From Callorhinchus milii (lineage: Eukaryota), in NCBI RefSeq assembly GCF_018977255.1, contig NW_024704742.1:2482001-2546000 (forward strand): DNA of 64,000 nucleotides, written 5' to 3'. The translations under genes were made by a program, and so were the position numbers. Numbering within the stretch: the stretch's first letter is position 1; the number at the start of each line of letters is the position of its first letter. The notes beneath the pieces are model-generated. The model had not been told where the DNA came from, searched no databases, and was given only the letters and a program-made list of their open reading frames with translations. Positions 25,722-39,590 of the stretch are shown piece by piece.

Positions 25722-26149
25722 GTAAACCATTCGATAACCACGTCTAACTTTGGCTTGACTTAAACGATTATGAATCAAGTTGAGTTTTATATGTTTTAAT
25801 TCATGAGGCTATTTCCGAACCTTGACCACAATCGCTTACATCAATGACACAATAAAGATCAAACCAATCCTCCTGTCGTCCCACCTGCTTAAAAGCCTCA
25901 GCCTTTCACTATCCAAGAAAACATCATTTCACTTTATAAAAAAAATCTTCCACTATTATTTAAAAAGTAGGAATAATTAATAAAACAGCACTGAACATGT
26001 ACAGCCAGTCTATTCCATTAATTTAAATTTCTCGAAACAGGACTACACTGGCAAACTGAGAATTAAAGGAGGGTTATAAGGTAGAGACTGCTGGAGTGAG
26101 GCACATTAAAAATAGGAGGGTTTGGCTTCCAATTCTCCCAATTCACCCC

Positions 26150-26525
26150 TAACAGGTGTGGCCCTCAAGCTGGCGTACGGTTCTACAGTCATAGCAAGTT
26201 GTAAATGTAAAAGTGGCAATATTTCTTGTGTGTGCGTGGACAGTGAGGGTTGACAGACTATACGACTGGAGACAGCAGCACAGCCTATCCCTACGCTATT
26301 CTCACTAGATGTTCACACACACACACACTATATACACACACACATACACGCAGGTGAACAATAGGTGTCAGTCATAGGGATCAGGAGCTAGAGCCGTTCC
26401 TGATGTGCTAATTGTAGTAATGCCCAGCTCCCTACGGACAGCTCAGCGAGCACAGACTGGCAAGAGAAACACGACCTTGTGGTTTGCAGGATTTAGCGTA
26501 CTTCAGGTAATGCCTTTACATATTG
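26150..26525 (-). mobile_element. Ancient SINE family C with expanded internal (CA)n
   Basis: aagtggcaatatttcttgtgtgtgcgtggacagtgag...gatcaggagc...cagctcagcgagcacagactgg; complementary to 16490-16860. Confidence 0.55.
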
Positions 26526-27639
26526 GGACCCAAAGGTTTTAATTTGATACTAAACGTTCAGTTCCTCCAGATATATTCTTCCTTGCTGGCACTTGTGCCA
26601 GATGGCACGAGGGTTCACATCAGAAGATAATAACTACAAGATTTCTCAAGCTGGTCTCCAGGCGCTTTTACAGTGTATTAGTACTCATTTGGTTTTCTGC
26701 CAAGATCGAGTACATATATTGACTTTGATGTGGCTCAGTAAACTTATAATTAATACACGTTTGACTTCTAACTGTTCATTCTGTATTTGTAAGAACCTTA
26801 TAATCCAGTATGACAGATAATTATGAAACTGTGTAAGGAAATGTTTTTTTTCCAATTAAACCCTGATGGGTAACTGTCAAAACGAAATCCAAGAGGCACT
26901 CACACCCACTTCAGCTACGTTCGGCTTCTGAAACATTTGTTTTTTTAATAGATTGAAGGACATTTTTAATTTTGCGTATTCAAATTAGCTGTTTTTGAAG
27001 TAAATGTGTCAGTCATGTTCTACTTTCCCTGACGCCCTGAGCTGGGCCTAGAGACCACGGCCTTGAAATTATGGTGGAGAACTTTAGAAAATTCTATTTC
27101 AATTCGGAAACTGGTTTCAAGCAGTTCTTGAAAACAAAAGACCTGCCGTCCATTTGGTCAATCCCAAAGAAATACGATGTTACTGTATAATATCGCTGAC
27201 ATTTCAGGAGCGCCCAGTCTATCATTTTTTTTCTCTACCATTTCACATTTGATGTTAAAACTGAGAACGATTTTGTTTTCTCTCTGTTGGGGTTCAAAAT
27301 GAATACAACGGCAGATCTACGATTCCACGATACACTACCCGTAGAGTCACGTCTTTGAAGTTGCATAAAAGGGAATAAAAGAAATGGGAGAGAATTTCAG
27401 TTCAGGGTGAAAGGCATATTGGAACAGACTACCCGCACAGTTGGTAGAATAAGAAAGGCTTTCAAAGGGAACAAGACAAATTCCTGTCAACTGAAGACAT
27501 TCAAGGTTATAAATTAACTTGAGCGACAGATACATTGAAAGATTCTCGTGGAGTATTGAATGTGTAGCCTACATGCTCGTCTTTCTCCTCCCGCTCAAGC
27601 TGTTTCTATAACTTTATTTACAATTTAAAAATCAGAATT

Positions 27640-28035
27640 ATTAAATAGAGGAAAAGGACTGTCCAGACCCCAGCGAGAGTGCATCCTGATGAGAGTTGAT
27701 TTGTGTTGATAGAACTACAAGCTACGAGGAACAACGAGACGACCATCTAAAAGAGGACCTTACAGAGACCTATAAGATTCTGAACGGGAATGGGAAAGGA
27801 AACACAGAAACAATATATTCACATACTCTACAGCAACTGTTCAAAAAGGTTCAAAAAGGTTCAGGTTTTAGCTTCTAAAAGGAAAGTTTAGGACAAACAC
27901 TGGGAAGCATTACTTTACACAGAAAATAAATAGTGACGAGAAAGAGCAGGAGTTTGGGGTTTGCATATACATCCCCAGTAGAGGCTGGCATCAGAGGAGA
28001 CTTAGTGTACCGAATAGCCTCCTTCAGTGCTGTAA
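27640..28035 (+). mobile_element. CR1 LINE 3' fragment
   Basis: agaggaccttacagagacctataagattctgaacggg (DLTETYKILNG)...ccgaatagcctccttcagtgctgtaa. Confidence 0.7.
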
Positions 28036-29461
28036 TATATTGGGAATCCCAAGTAATTACATCGTGTTAAAGCCACGGTAAACAGTTAAAGTTAAATCAA
28101 AGTAATCGATTAAATAAATGAAAACTTGACAAAAAGCGCCTTCCAATAATGAAAGCGTTATTGATGGCAAATGACATTGATTGATGTAACATTTCATAAT
28201 CTGCACAAGTGGATTTACCTTCTGCAATCATAAAATTGATTCTAAAAGTATGGAAATCAAGATAAATTTCAGAGTAGGATAGAAGAGTGATATTCATTGA
28301 TAATGATTTTATTGGGAGATGCTTTAATTTTTCAAGAGCATTAGCTTATAATTTAGGTTGGATAATTGCTCATTTGAGAAACTAGGAAACGATGGAATGA
28401 AAATAAAGACCTTAAACATGTTACAGCACTTACACTGAAACTGCCCTATTGAGGTTAAAATATTCGACCGGTGTGGTAATTGCAATGTCTGATTTGCGGT
28501 TGAAACTGTGGGATTTGTCACCAAATTGTTAAGATCCTAAAGGATGGATAAGCCCGTTTTCAAACCAGCATTATGCATTCCAATCCTTTGTTGAAATATG
28601 AGTCTCTTTATGGCCAGATAGTGCCCTAAAACAATCACAAACTAAAAGCCACCATTAGTGCAATGCTTTCCAAGGGTGAATCTTGCATCCAACTTCATCC
28701 AATCTACTCTGCCATGGCTGTGGAGGGGTGAGATGCCCAACGCCATTCCAAACGTACCCTCACGGTTATCTGTACAAAGCTGGAAGAGATTATTTTGACT
28801 TTTAAGATGATTTAGGGATAAGGAAAATGGGGGAGAGACGGAGCTAAAGGGTTGCCGTATACCCAATGGCCATGGGTCAAATTGCTTGCTCCTCTTCTTA
28901 TGTTCCTGTGCCCTTTTGATGCAACCCTGCATTTGATTAACTCTGTTGGTAGTGCATACACGTTGATTGGAAACTTACAATTGCAACAACAGCGACAACT
29001 TGCAATTAAATAGCGCCCCCTCGTGCAGGGTAGCATCCCAGGATGCTTAATTACACGATTATTTACATTCCATTACCTTCCAGTTGGCATAGTTTCCCGG
29101 TGAAACACTGTACAGAATATTCCGATTTCCTCAAGTCAATGCAGTTCACAATTCAATTACCTGACAAATTGCCATGAAGAAACAGCATGATTCGCAGTGT
29201 TACTGTGTCACAGCTCAATGAGCTGTGGTGTAATATTTTCTCTATAGCACTGGTGAAGCTGCACATGCTTCTCAAGATTGCGAAGAAACAGATATGCCAA
29301 TTGCCGAGTGAGGAACTTTCCATTCGCAGCCCGTGGGACTGCCTTATTGAAGAACTGGGCAATCCATAGCTTTCTCTTCTCAATTCATTGGCGCGGGTGA
29401 CAACTGAGCTTGAAGCAGATCACAGTTTCATCTAAAAATAATAGTCTTCAGCTAGGTTGAG

Positions 29462-29870
29462 TGTGAGCCCGGCCCAGTTGATAGCACTCACCTCAAGTCA
29501 AACGGTTGCAGGTTCAAGCTGCACTTCACCACTTGAAACTCGTAGACTTCAGGCTGACACTCCAACGCAGTGCTAAGGGTGTGCTGCATTGTCAGAGTTT
29601 CCGTTCTTTAGATCAGACATTAAACCGAGGCCTGTAGAAGTTAACGTTAAAGATGCCATGGCTATTTGAAAAGAGAAGGGAGTTTCTCCTGTTGTCCTGG
29701 CGAGTAATCCCCCCCAATAGGATTGGTCTTTTATTTCATAGTTGTTTGCGGGACATTACTGTGGTGCAAATTAACTAAACACAGTTACTTCTGCGATATG
29801 CATTAGAAGTCCCTTTGATTTAAAAGCCACTATAGCAAACGTGAAGGTTATTATTATTATTTATTATGAC
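29462..29870 (+). mobile_element. Older Deu-type SINE (family B), near full length
   Basis: ggcccagttgatagcactcacctc...caggttcaag...ggctgacactcc...ttaaaccgaggcc...gtttgcgggacattactgtggtgcaaatt...(tta)n. Confidence 0.8.
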
Positions 29871-30469
29871 CGCTTGCGATGGCGTGTGGGTTAGCTCTCA
29901 ATGAGTGAACTGTGGCATGCGGTTGATTGTGAAATGAGGTTCGCTGAGTTCAACAGTCATCTCGCATTCCAGCTCGGTGTCCAGGAAGAATGTTCCTCGG
30001 GGAGCATTGACTGTTCTGTTATCGTGTCTAGGCTGTGGTAAGGAGGACGCTGGCGAACCTCTCACATATTTCACCTGAGTTGCGCTGCTCACCATTAAGG
30101 CTCAAAGGGAATTTCTAACGCCTGCTATTCATCATGTGAGGCCTCATTCCTTTGCCTGTCAGACGTCTAATAGTCAGCAAGTAACTACCTTCCTTGGAGA
30201 GGGATAAGCAAGGTCTCGGTGGGACAGAGCTGGCTCCAGGATGATGTGACTGACAATGGAATATCGGAATCAATTTCATCCTCTGTGGCAGTGTAGGTAA
30301 TTCAGTTTCTGAGCCAGGCAGGTCTGCAGAACTCCAAGACATTGTTGATAACACCCCAAACAGTCTGACTCGCCAGCAGGACTTGGAGGAGCCTACCACT
30401 CCCCTTAGCCAACCTGTCAACCCACGCCTATGCTTTCTGGGATCAACTGAGCAGGGTAGGTCTCACCGG

Positions 30470-30720
30470 GGAAGGCTGGCTGAGAGGTTTCTCTGTAGCG
30501 GGCGGTTAGAATATGGAATTCACTGCCTCAAACTAGAGTTGGAGCACAGTCCATACATTATTTTAATAGAAATTGGACGGATGCTACCAGAGGAGAATTA
30601 CTAAGGGTAGGAAAAGCAAGCAAGTGAGACAGATTAGATTAGATTAGATTAAATGGCACATGTAGGGGAAAAACACACTGGTTGGTCTGAATGACTTAGT
30701 TCTGTGCTATAACATTCTAC
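30470..30720 (+). mobile_element. CR1 LINE 3' end
   Basis: gcgggcggttagaatatggaattcactgcctcaa (RAVRIWNSLPQ)...tctgaatgacttagttctgtgctataacattcta. Confidence 0.7.
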
Positions 30721-33554
30721 GGCTTTTTGTCATTGACATCTTTAACAATAGAATGAACTTATTCCAAATGTATTCCCATTCCAACATGGAATGCTTTGCA
30801 GCATCACATGTGAAGGGCTTTGAGACATCTCGAAGCCGTGATAAGGCACGACAGCAAATTCAAAGATTATTATTGTTCTCACTGTATTAACCGGCCCATA
30901 TAAAGCGAAAGCCCATTTGAACGGATCAATAGATTGATAACAGCACACAAAATCTAATTGCAGCAAACCATCGATTACACGTGTTGTGATATCAAGACAA
31001 CTGGGGTGTAGAATTAAAGTTATGTTCAATTCAAAATGATGTGGAGTCAGAAGTATTATCAGGCTTCCCACTGTATGTTGCTATACCGGTGAAGAAAAAT
31101 GACTACAGATCAGCAATATATTAAACAATAATGATTATTCTTATATTTGATGTGGACTATTTCATGTCAGGAGGACATCTGAAAATGCTTCACAGGATAT
31201 ACTGCAAAGTGTAGTGTCTATATGTTGGGGGTGATTTATAAATGTAGCAGTCAATTCAAGTACAGCAGTTTCAATAAGCTTTACAATCAAAGTATAAACC
31301 CAAACCGCTGACAAAATGCATTGGTTTAAAGTACAACAGAATTCTAGACTTTTCAGGACAGCAGAAGGCCATTCAACCCACGGTTGTTCCTCGCTCACTA
31401 AATAAAGCTAGCAACTCTGATCGCATTCCTGCTCTTTGCCCGTATCACTTTATATCCATTTTCCAGTGTTTGTCTAATGCCTCCTTACATATCTTAATTA
31501 ATTTGTCTCAAACGGCACTTAAGGAAATACATGCAGCATCCTATTAATTCCCTGCAAGATTGAATTTCTTCCATATTTCCACTTTACGCTGCTTCTGATC
31601 ACGTTGAGTCAATCCCAGTTTGTTGCCGAATCCGCAACTAAATAATTATTATTTTACTATGAACCACTATCAACCAATATAAGACGATGTTTCTCCCCCT
31701 GAATTAAAATTCATAATTGCTATTTCTTCTGTTTAAGAGCGTAACGGGGCTGCCAAAAATTCAATTGCTCATGTCAGACAATTGGGAAATTGCACAGATG
31801 TGGATGGTTGCAGGTGTATTTCTAAATTTGTGCACATCTGGATTTTTGTTAAGCAACAGTGGTAGGTAGAGAGGGAGCGAGAGCGAGATGAAAAAATGAA
31901 TACCGGGACAGAGGTAGACAGCACGAGAGAGAGAGATTCAGCAAGAGAAACAAAAAAGAGTCTGAGAAAGTGAGAGCAGGGAGACTGGCAAAATGTGATA
32001 TCATGAGAGCAACGGAGTATATTCTCAATCGGCAGCTTTTTTTAGTATTAATTTGGAAAGTATGCTATTAGTGCATTTAGAATCATGTGAATTTGGCAAA
32101 ATACGGTCCTAAATTTGTGCAGAAACATGTTTGGTAACTCTTTAATTACCGTTGACGTGTTCCTTTTTTTTCCCCCTGAAATAAAACTGTGAAAATCAGG
32201 AGGGGCGAGAATTGAGGTTTCTTTACATTCGGGACAATGTGATAGTCTCAAAGTCTGATCGTCGCGCTCACAACTTTTTCGTTCCATTCTCTCCACGGTT
32301 TCGATTTTCTTCCTATGATGGGGAACCAAAACACCCAACACTGTCGCTGTGGACTAAGTAATATCAGCTTCAGCGTAGTCGCTTCACTTCTATATTTAAC
32401 GCCCTCCTTGATATGAAAAAGAGAAAATCATTTACACATTTTATGGCTTTTTCCACCCATAATACATTGTTAAATTGGGACGTACTCCCGACATGAAAGG
32501 CGCTGTACAGATGTAATTGTGTACTGTTCCTACACCTCCAGATCTCGCTGTTTCTGTTTGTCCACTTCTCGGGGAATGTATTCAGGGCATATATTTCCAC
32601 TCTTTATTCAAAAGATCATGGCTTTGTGGGTGAATCTGATAGGATTCCATCACGTTGTGGCGTTGGTGACACATAAAGTTCTGCGTTTTTTTCGTACAGC
32701 AACTTTTGGTCAATCTTTCCTCTTAATTTGGACCATGTTTAACTTGTTTCTAACCTCCTGCATTCTTGACCTTAAACTACTTCTCCGTTAAGCACTATGC
32801 CACCTCGCGCCCATGATGACCAACCTATATGGTTGGCCCGCAAAATAAATTTTCTTGATTGAACATTTCTTGATTTATGCTTTAAACCAAGAAACATTGA
32901 ATGAAGAAAGAACTGAAAACACACTATTGGATTGAATATAGACTTACCTCGACTTGTACAGATGTTTGGCTGGGAACGGGCAGGTTTCTTGACGGTCCTG
33001 TAGGCCATAGTTTGGAGCCTATGCTTTACGTCCCATCTATTCTCCCTTGTTTTCAAAGTTCTAGTCTGGATATGCATAGACAGCTCTGATATATTATTTG
33101 TAGGACACTGGTGCGCAATTGACTGCCATGTTTCCTCTACAAAATATAGGTTCAGGTAAAGACAGGGCTTCAGCCCATGAGATTGGATCTCATCTTTCCA
33201 GATTATCCAATACAGCATCGAGATGTTTGTTTAATGTGTCCAGGGTCCCTGGCCTCAATCGCCCACCCTTCCTGGTAACCTGTTCCAGTTAATAAACACC
33301 GTCTGGGTAAAAAAAAATATTGTCCCTAATCCCTTTGCAAACATCGCTCACATGTAATGAAATGTAATAAATTATAACTAATGGTTTTCTTTTCTCTGCT
33401 CGCAAGCTGAAAAGACCAAGCTGTTATGATCGATTCTTATAAGTTTGGTTGCAGTTTAGTTTCTTAATATAAAAACAAATATTAATAATAATTGCATCTT
33501 TCAAATTGGCAGATGCGCCACAAAGGTAGAATAAATTGTTGCGACTGTGTATTT

Positions 33555-33780
33555 TTTTAGACAAAGGCAGCAGTCAATTTGTGCACAGCAATGTTTGACA
33601 AACAGGGGTGAAATGAATGATCAATTTTATTTGGGTGATTGTTGGCCAGGACACCACGGAAAACTCTCTCGTCTTTTTGAGTCATGCCCTGGGATCCTCG
33701 AACTCCCTCTGAACAGGAATTGGGACCTCACTTTAACTTTTCTGTCAAAGGAAGGCATTTCTGATAATTCAGTCCATCTC
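33555..33780 (-). mobile_element. Older Deu-type SINE (family B) fragment
   Basis: ggcagcagtcaatttgtgcacagcaa...ttggccaggacaccacggaaaactc...tgccctgggatc. Confidence 0.65.
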
Positions 33781-35901
33781 CCCCAGGATTGTAATTCATA
33801 CCATTTGATTGTCCTCTTGCAAGTCTCACTCTCTGTACAGTGGGAAGACCTGTTGCCGTTGTAATATACAATAAAACATAAAATTAAAAACGTTGCTCAA
33901 GTGAGATTAAATAGCAAAAAACATTGCTCTTATGAAATCTTTGCAAAATGGACAAAGCCTAAAAAATAATAGGTTATTAAAGTACTCTACCAAGGAAAGC
34001 TTGGGCTGTTGAGCACCTGCTCTCATTATCCAGAGCTGTTGTAATGTGTGTTACAGAGGTTACCTGACAGTGATGCTTTATGAATTCACAAAGGAAGAAA
34101 AGGAAGATAAGAATGGGTGATTTATGTGAAGTTGATTTAAACATAGTTTCATTAAATACAACCACTGAGTGTAAAACAAAGTCAGGTGATATTAGGGTGC
34201 GTAGATAAAACTGTGCTGTGCTTCACATTTCTCCTCTGCGACACTGATTGTATTAAATCGTACAAATAATGGAACCGGGTGATGAAAAATGAAGTAATGC
34301 AAGTAATATTCAATTCTGAAATCTCTCAGGACCGTGGAGGCAATTTCATATTGTATAAAAACTGTGTCTCCAAAGGCCACCAACGATTTATGAAGAGAGC
34401 CCGCTGTATACAGTGAATGGATTTTTTTTTTAGATGCACTTTCTATCCAGGATAAAACTGCTAGACTAAGAAAGGAACACTGCAAAACATCATTTCCAAT
34501 TGATAGAAATGTTCTGCTCTCCAGTTAATGCGGAGTGCGCTAATGGATTAAGTCATGTAATTATTATGTACCAAAATTTGGTGCTTGATACAGAATACAA
34601 CGCCACAGGAAACATCCCTCTCCAAAGGAAGTTGCAGGCAACACTTTAAATAATGGCTTTGTTTGGGGCTTTCAAAATGACCCAGCCTGTAAGGTAATCA
34701 TCCACCATAAGTTGCTGCGTTGGATATTCAAATGTACTAAACCCACAGAAGATTTCATTTGCCGCAGTCTCTAAATAAGCTGTAGCTTTTACATGTATAA
34801 CTGGAAATGGCTTCACACAGCTTTTCAACCCGTTTTATCTTGTGTTTCCAGATTACCCAACACAGCATCGAGATATTTCTTTTATGTGCCCGCGGGGGGG
34901 GGGGAGGGCTTGGCCCTTTCAAATCGGGCAGCATTTCAGAAGAGACTGCACCAGGATCTGGATTTGTTCCATCCGTGTGGCATTTCAGAGAGCCCAGGAT
35001 TTGGCAAATTCTCAAAAAAAGTCTTCGTTTTGAAGCTGTTTTTCTGTAGAAAACAGAAAACTAACTTCAAATTTAGGACGCGGTTCAACCTTTGCACAAA
35101 TTTCCAAAGATTTACAAAGAATGTACAGCACAGAAGCAAGGCCACATGCCCCAACCACTCAATGCCAGTGTTTATGCTCCAAATGAATCTTCACAAATTC
35201 CTTTATTCCTTCCCATACCCTTATACCCTATCCAATCTATCCTGATAGCAGGAACCCACAAAACCTGGTATCATCTAAGCTGTACTCATTCCATCTTTGC
35301 TGAATCATTCTTAATAGCGTTCAGACCAGAAATGGACACAATACTCTAAATGCGGTCTAACCACGGTTTTGTATAAATCCAACATCACCTCCTCACTTTT
35401 ATATTCCATTGACTTGTTTGTTATAGGTTTAATCTACTTGTGTAGAGCTACATTTGGAAATTTGTGGATCCAAATTTTGCTCATCAACTCATCTGAGGGT
35501 CATTTTGGGACACTATAATGTTATGCGAATAGAGAAGGTCTAAAAATAAAATCTCTAATCTCTAAAAGTAGTAACCAAGATAGATGAGGTCCTAAAAATG
35601 TGTGAATGAGGTCCTGGGTGTTTGGTTTCTATAGTGAACATGTAGGCTTTCAAAATGGGTCTGATTTTGTCCGAAACTCTGTCTGTCCAGCGCCTTGGGA
35701 CGTCCTCCCAACATGAAAGACGTCATAAAAATTTAATATTGTTGTTGTTGTTGTTGATGATGCTTCTCATGGATTTGCATTGGTACAATTTAATACAGAC
35801 AGCTTGCATTGAAAACTGTACTGGATTTGTGAAGGGTTCGGGTTGAGCTTGATACATTGGTTCAATGTAGGTTCTAAGATCTCGGTTATTGCATTTACCA
35901 G

Positions 35902-36107
35902 ATATCCGTGGGATTCAGGACTTCCTGGACAAAGCTTCGCAGCAGGGGATGGATGTGGCTCTGCAGAAGGTCGAAAGCAACATCAACAGGATGATCAGCA
36001 GCATGTTTGCCACAATGCGCTTAGAAGAAATGAATCGCTATCGGGACACTCTGCGACGTGCTATCCTCTTTCTGAGCCCGCAGACAGCAAAGGCTTTCGT
36101 TTCTCAG
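35902..36107 (+). CDS. GRID2: GRID2-like coding exon (exon 4 equivalent), 206 nt, phase 1-0
   Basis: Acceptor gcatttaccag|AT, donor CAG|gtaagg. Encodes (D)[68 protein letters not shown]. Confidence 0.96.
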
Positions 36108-36686
36108 GTAAGGCCAGCCTAGAGCTGCGCCCTGTATGAGCAGCCCAATCGGGGGTGAAGCCGGCAGAACAAGCGTTTGATTATGACCCACGGTTAATGG
36201 CAGGAAGAGTGGTACGTTTCCACCTGGCTTGGGTAGCTTCCCGCGCTAAAACGTGACCAGATATAATATAATGCAAATGACATTGGCACAGGAGGTTTCA
36301 CATCAACAGGTGGTCCTAAAGTGCGCTTGCGGTGTGGGACGGGCAACAGAGCTTGGAGCGGAAGGATTAGGGAAGGGAAAGATGACCAAAAGAGCGGTCA
36401 AAGAGGTCTGTTTCGAGACGGGCCTTGAAAGAGGGGAGAGATGAAGTGAATGGAGGGACTCTGAGATGGAGTTCCATAGAGTGAGGATAGAATGGTTCCT
36501 GTTGGCATCACTTCCTGCACATAGTACACTTGAGTCCAATGCACAAGAAATAACATCAATGGTGCCTTTATGACCTGGGTCATTTTGTTAGCCTGCCTCG
36601 TGAAATGCATGGTCTGAGTTTTTGAACCAAAACCACTGCTTTATAACAGGGATTGGCCTACAATAATGACTGAGATCTGATGTTAT

Positions 36687-37051
36687 AGTCCTGTAGCTCA
36701 GTGGTCAGAGCACTCGCCTCGCAAGTGAGAGACCTGGGTTTGATTCCCGACAGGGTGAAACGTTGGGCAAGTTTCCTTACTCCACACACCTCTGTTTACC
36801 GAGCAGTAAGTCGGATGTTAGTCAATTGGTGAATCGCTTTTCCGGGGGTAATAATTCCTTCAAGAAAAACACTAATAATACATTGGTCACTCAATCCACG
36901 ACTGTCTGTGGGGACGCTGCTGTGCGCAATTGGCTGCCGCGTTTCGCCCACAAAATATACTGTCAATTCACTTTGCAGTATATTCTGTGAAGCGCTTTGA
37001 GACGTCTCGAAGACGTAATAAGGCGCTTTATCAAATGCAAGGATTGTTATT
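36687..37051 (+). mobile_element. Full-length young SINE family A
   Basis: agtcctgtagctcagtggtcagagcactcgcctcgcaagtgagagacctgggtttgattcccgacaggg (A box, Ala-CGC-like anticodon arm, B box), Deu-like body, tail aaggcgctttatcaaatgcaaggattgttat. Confidence 0.92.
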
Positions 37052-37904
37052 CTCCAAGTGATATTATTCCATCATTGGGTGCAGTGGCATCTCATTTGGT
37101 GTTTCTATTTGCTTTCCTGTTCAGTGTACATGTTGTGGTTTCCACGAGCCGACAGTCAGAGTAACAAGCTGGACATTACTGAGGAGGGCTGCTCAGATAA
37201 TGAAGACGCTTTGGCAATAAATCAACATGAGCCAATTTTAAGCTATTTTAGGCTTAATTTTGTCGCCTTTAGGTTCTGTGATTCCAGTTATGAAACTTGC
37301 TGTTAAAGGCAGTAAGTAGAGTTGGCGTAGTTTCACCCTTACTGTGGCAGTCAATGGCCTAGGTTAGTGCTTACTGTAGCAATCCCTCATTAATGAGTTT
37401 GCTTCAAGAAGGGTTCAAGAAGGAAAAAAAAATCATACTAATAAAGTGGCCTGGATAGTGAGTTGCCATCATTACTGTTTTGCCCACCAACTGACAGTCA
37501 GCTCTATCACTGACCTCTTGCCGTACTGAAAATCACAGAGCATGGAATGGAACCACTTGATAGGGAGTTCTGCTGCACCTTAGCATTTAATGTAAATGTT
37601 AAACACAGTTTACAGTCCAGTCATCTCGAACTCTTGACTCCAATTTTCAGGAATTGAAGATAGGGGACAAAATGGGCTGTAACATTGTCATGTTCCTAGA
37701 TGCCTCCGACANTTTTTTTTGGTCAGCCTGGTGTCTGACACGTGGGGAAGCCCATCGCCGTTGCTTAAGAGTATCCAAACCAAACTGAGAATTCTGTGCA
37801 TCCCACCAACACATGGAAATCCGAGAGAGAGATTGTTGGAATGGAATATGCATGCTCTCTCCCTTATCAAGATGTTGCGATAGGCAATAATACTAGCTAA
37901 TCCC

Positions 37905-38560
37905 AAACTCCACCGCACGCACACCTATTACTGCAATCCTCACCAAGTTCACAGCGGATCAGTTTCAAGACCTTCACTCTTGCCTCTATGTCCCTTTACT
38001 CCCTAGAACCTCCCCATCTCTGTAATCTTCTCATACTCTTATCTTCTGCGTGTCCCCTCTGCTTGAAAAACTCGGACTTGTTGAATGTTCTCCGTCCTCT
38101 TTATAATAATAACCCTTGCATTTGATCTGGCGCCATATCACGTCTTCGAGACGTCTCGAAGCGCTTCACAGAATATACCGTAAAGTGAATTGACTGTGTA
38201 TTTTGTGGGCGAAACGCGGCAGCCAATTGCGCACAGCAGCGTCCCCACACAAACAGTCGTGGATTGAGTGGCCAAATTATTATTTTATTTTTTTGAAGGA
38301 ATTATTACCCTCGGAAAAGCGATCCATCAATTGACTAACAACTGGGTTCCTACTTAATGCTTAATCCTACATCGGCGTGTGGAGTAAGAAAAGTTGACCA
38401 ACATTTCGACTACAAATACCTGCCGCGAATTGAACCCAGATCTCTCGCTTTCGAGCTCGAGTGCTCTAACCACTGAGCTACAGGACTCCAGCAACACCAT
38501 CAGGGGTCGGGTCTTTAGTTACTTCATGACCTTTGGAATTCCCTCCCTCTAACCCTCTTA
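37905..38560 (+). mobile_element. L2 ORF2 C-terminal fossil interrupted by a family A SINE
   Basis: cctccccatctctgtaatcttctc (PPHLCNLL) before the SINE; accatcaggggtcgggtctttagt...tggaattccctccct (TIRGRVFS..WNSLP) after it. Confidence 0.65.
38103..38489 (-). mobile_element. Full-length young SINE family A
   Basis: ataataataacccttgcatttgat...gggcgaaacgcggcagccaattgcgcacagcagcgtcccca...gtgctctaaccactgagctacaggactcc. Confidence 0.92.
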
Positions 38561-38769
38561 TCATTGCATTTTGCTTTGGAATGGAATACACTAACACAAT
38601 AGAACAAGAGGACGCACGTTTAGAGTGGTAAAGTGGTAATGGGAGGACAGTAGGGTGGGTGTTCTTGGGCACCTTCTTCATCCAAATTAATCTTGTGATC
38701 TCGTGAAAGCCTACGTAACACTTTACGTGTCTATTTCGTTTATGTGCATAAAGAGTTTAAGTGGAACGT

Positions 38770-38886
38770 TTTATATGTTTCGCCCACAACATGTACAGTC
38801 AATTCAATTTACAGTGTATTCTGTGCGATGTTTTCAACGATGTGACAAGGTGCCTTCTCAAATGCAAATGCAAGGATTATTATTAC
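38770..38886 (+). mobile_element. Family A SINE 3' fragment
   Basis: gtttcgcccacaacatgtacagtcaattc...tgcaaggattattattac. Confidence 0.75.
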
Positions 38887-39230
38887 GTGTCTCCTAACAC
38901 GATATTTGCCCGAATAACCGCGCGCTTGACTTGTTTGGGTTTGATTACCATGTTTCAATTTTATTCCTGGTGGACGTTAGTTCCGACTGCAGAAGCCTTC
39001 AACTCAATTTAAAAGTGATTATATTTAGAAGCATGTTTTTTACATTCTGTGAGAAGAAATGGACGATTTTAATTTCACGGTTTAAGCGATTGGACACATC
39101 CATGTTTGGTTCTGTAATGCCCCAACAGTGTCACCTCTGGTCGAGAGTGGAACGACAACAGGGAAAGGGTTTTGTTGACGCTCTCCACTGCTGTAGTTCA
39201 CAAGATCCTATGTGATCGCAGGATTAATAC

Positions 39231-39590
39231 TAATAATAATCCTTGGACTTGAATATAGCGCCTTATCGCGCCTTCGAGACCTCTCAAAGGCGCTTCGCAG
39301 AATATATTGCAAAGTGAATGGACTGCACATTTTGGGGGGCGAAACACGGCAGCCAATTGCGCACAGCAGGGTCCCCACAAACTGTTGTGGATTAACTGAC
39401 CAAACCATTTTAATTTATTTGGAAGAAATGTGATCCGCCAATCAACTATAACAACCAGTTCCTACTTACTGTTGGGTAAACAGAGGCGTGTGTGTTGGAG
39501 AAAGGAAACGTGTCCAAAGTTTTGCCCAGGAATCGAACCCAGGGCCTCTCGTTTTCGAGGCGAATGTTCTAACCGATGAGCTACAGGACT
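39231..39590 (-). mobile_element. Full-length young SINE family A
   Basis: taataataatccttgg...gcgaaacacggcagccaattgcgcacagcag...ggaatcgaacccagg...tgagctacaggact. Confidence 0.9.

Noticed and set aside
36687..36757. tRNA-Ala(CGC) genes at SINE heads (also 41580, 17190-17261, 38420-38489)
   Set aside because: Each continues into the same SINE body and tail and the copies are mutually diverged; these are SINE heads, not tRNA genes.
37712..37712. Ambiguous base n
   Set aside because: Assembly or sequencing ambiguity next to a T run; no biological meaning.
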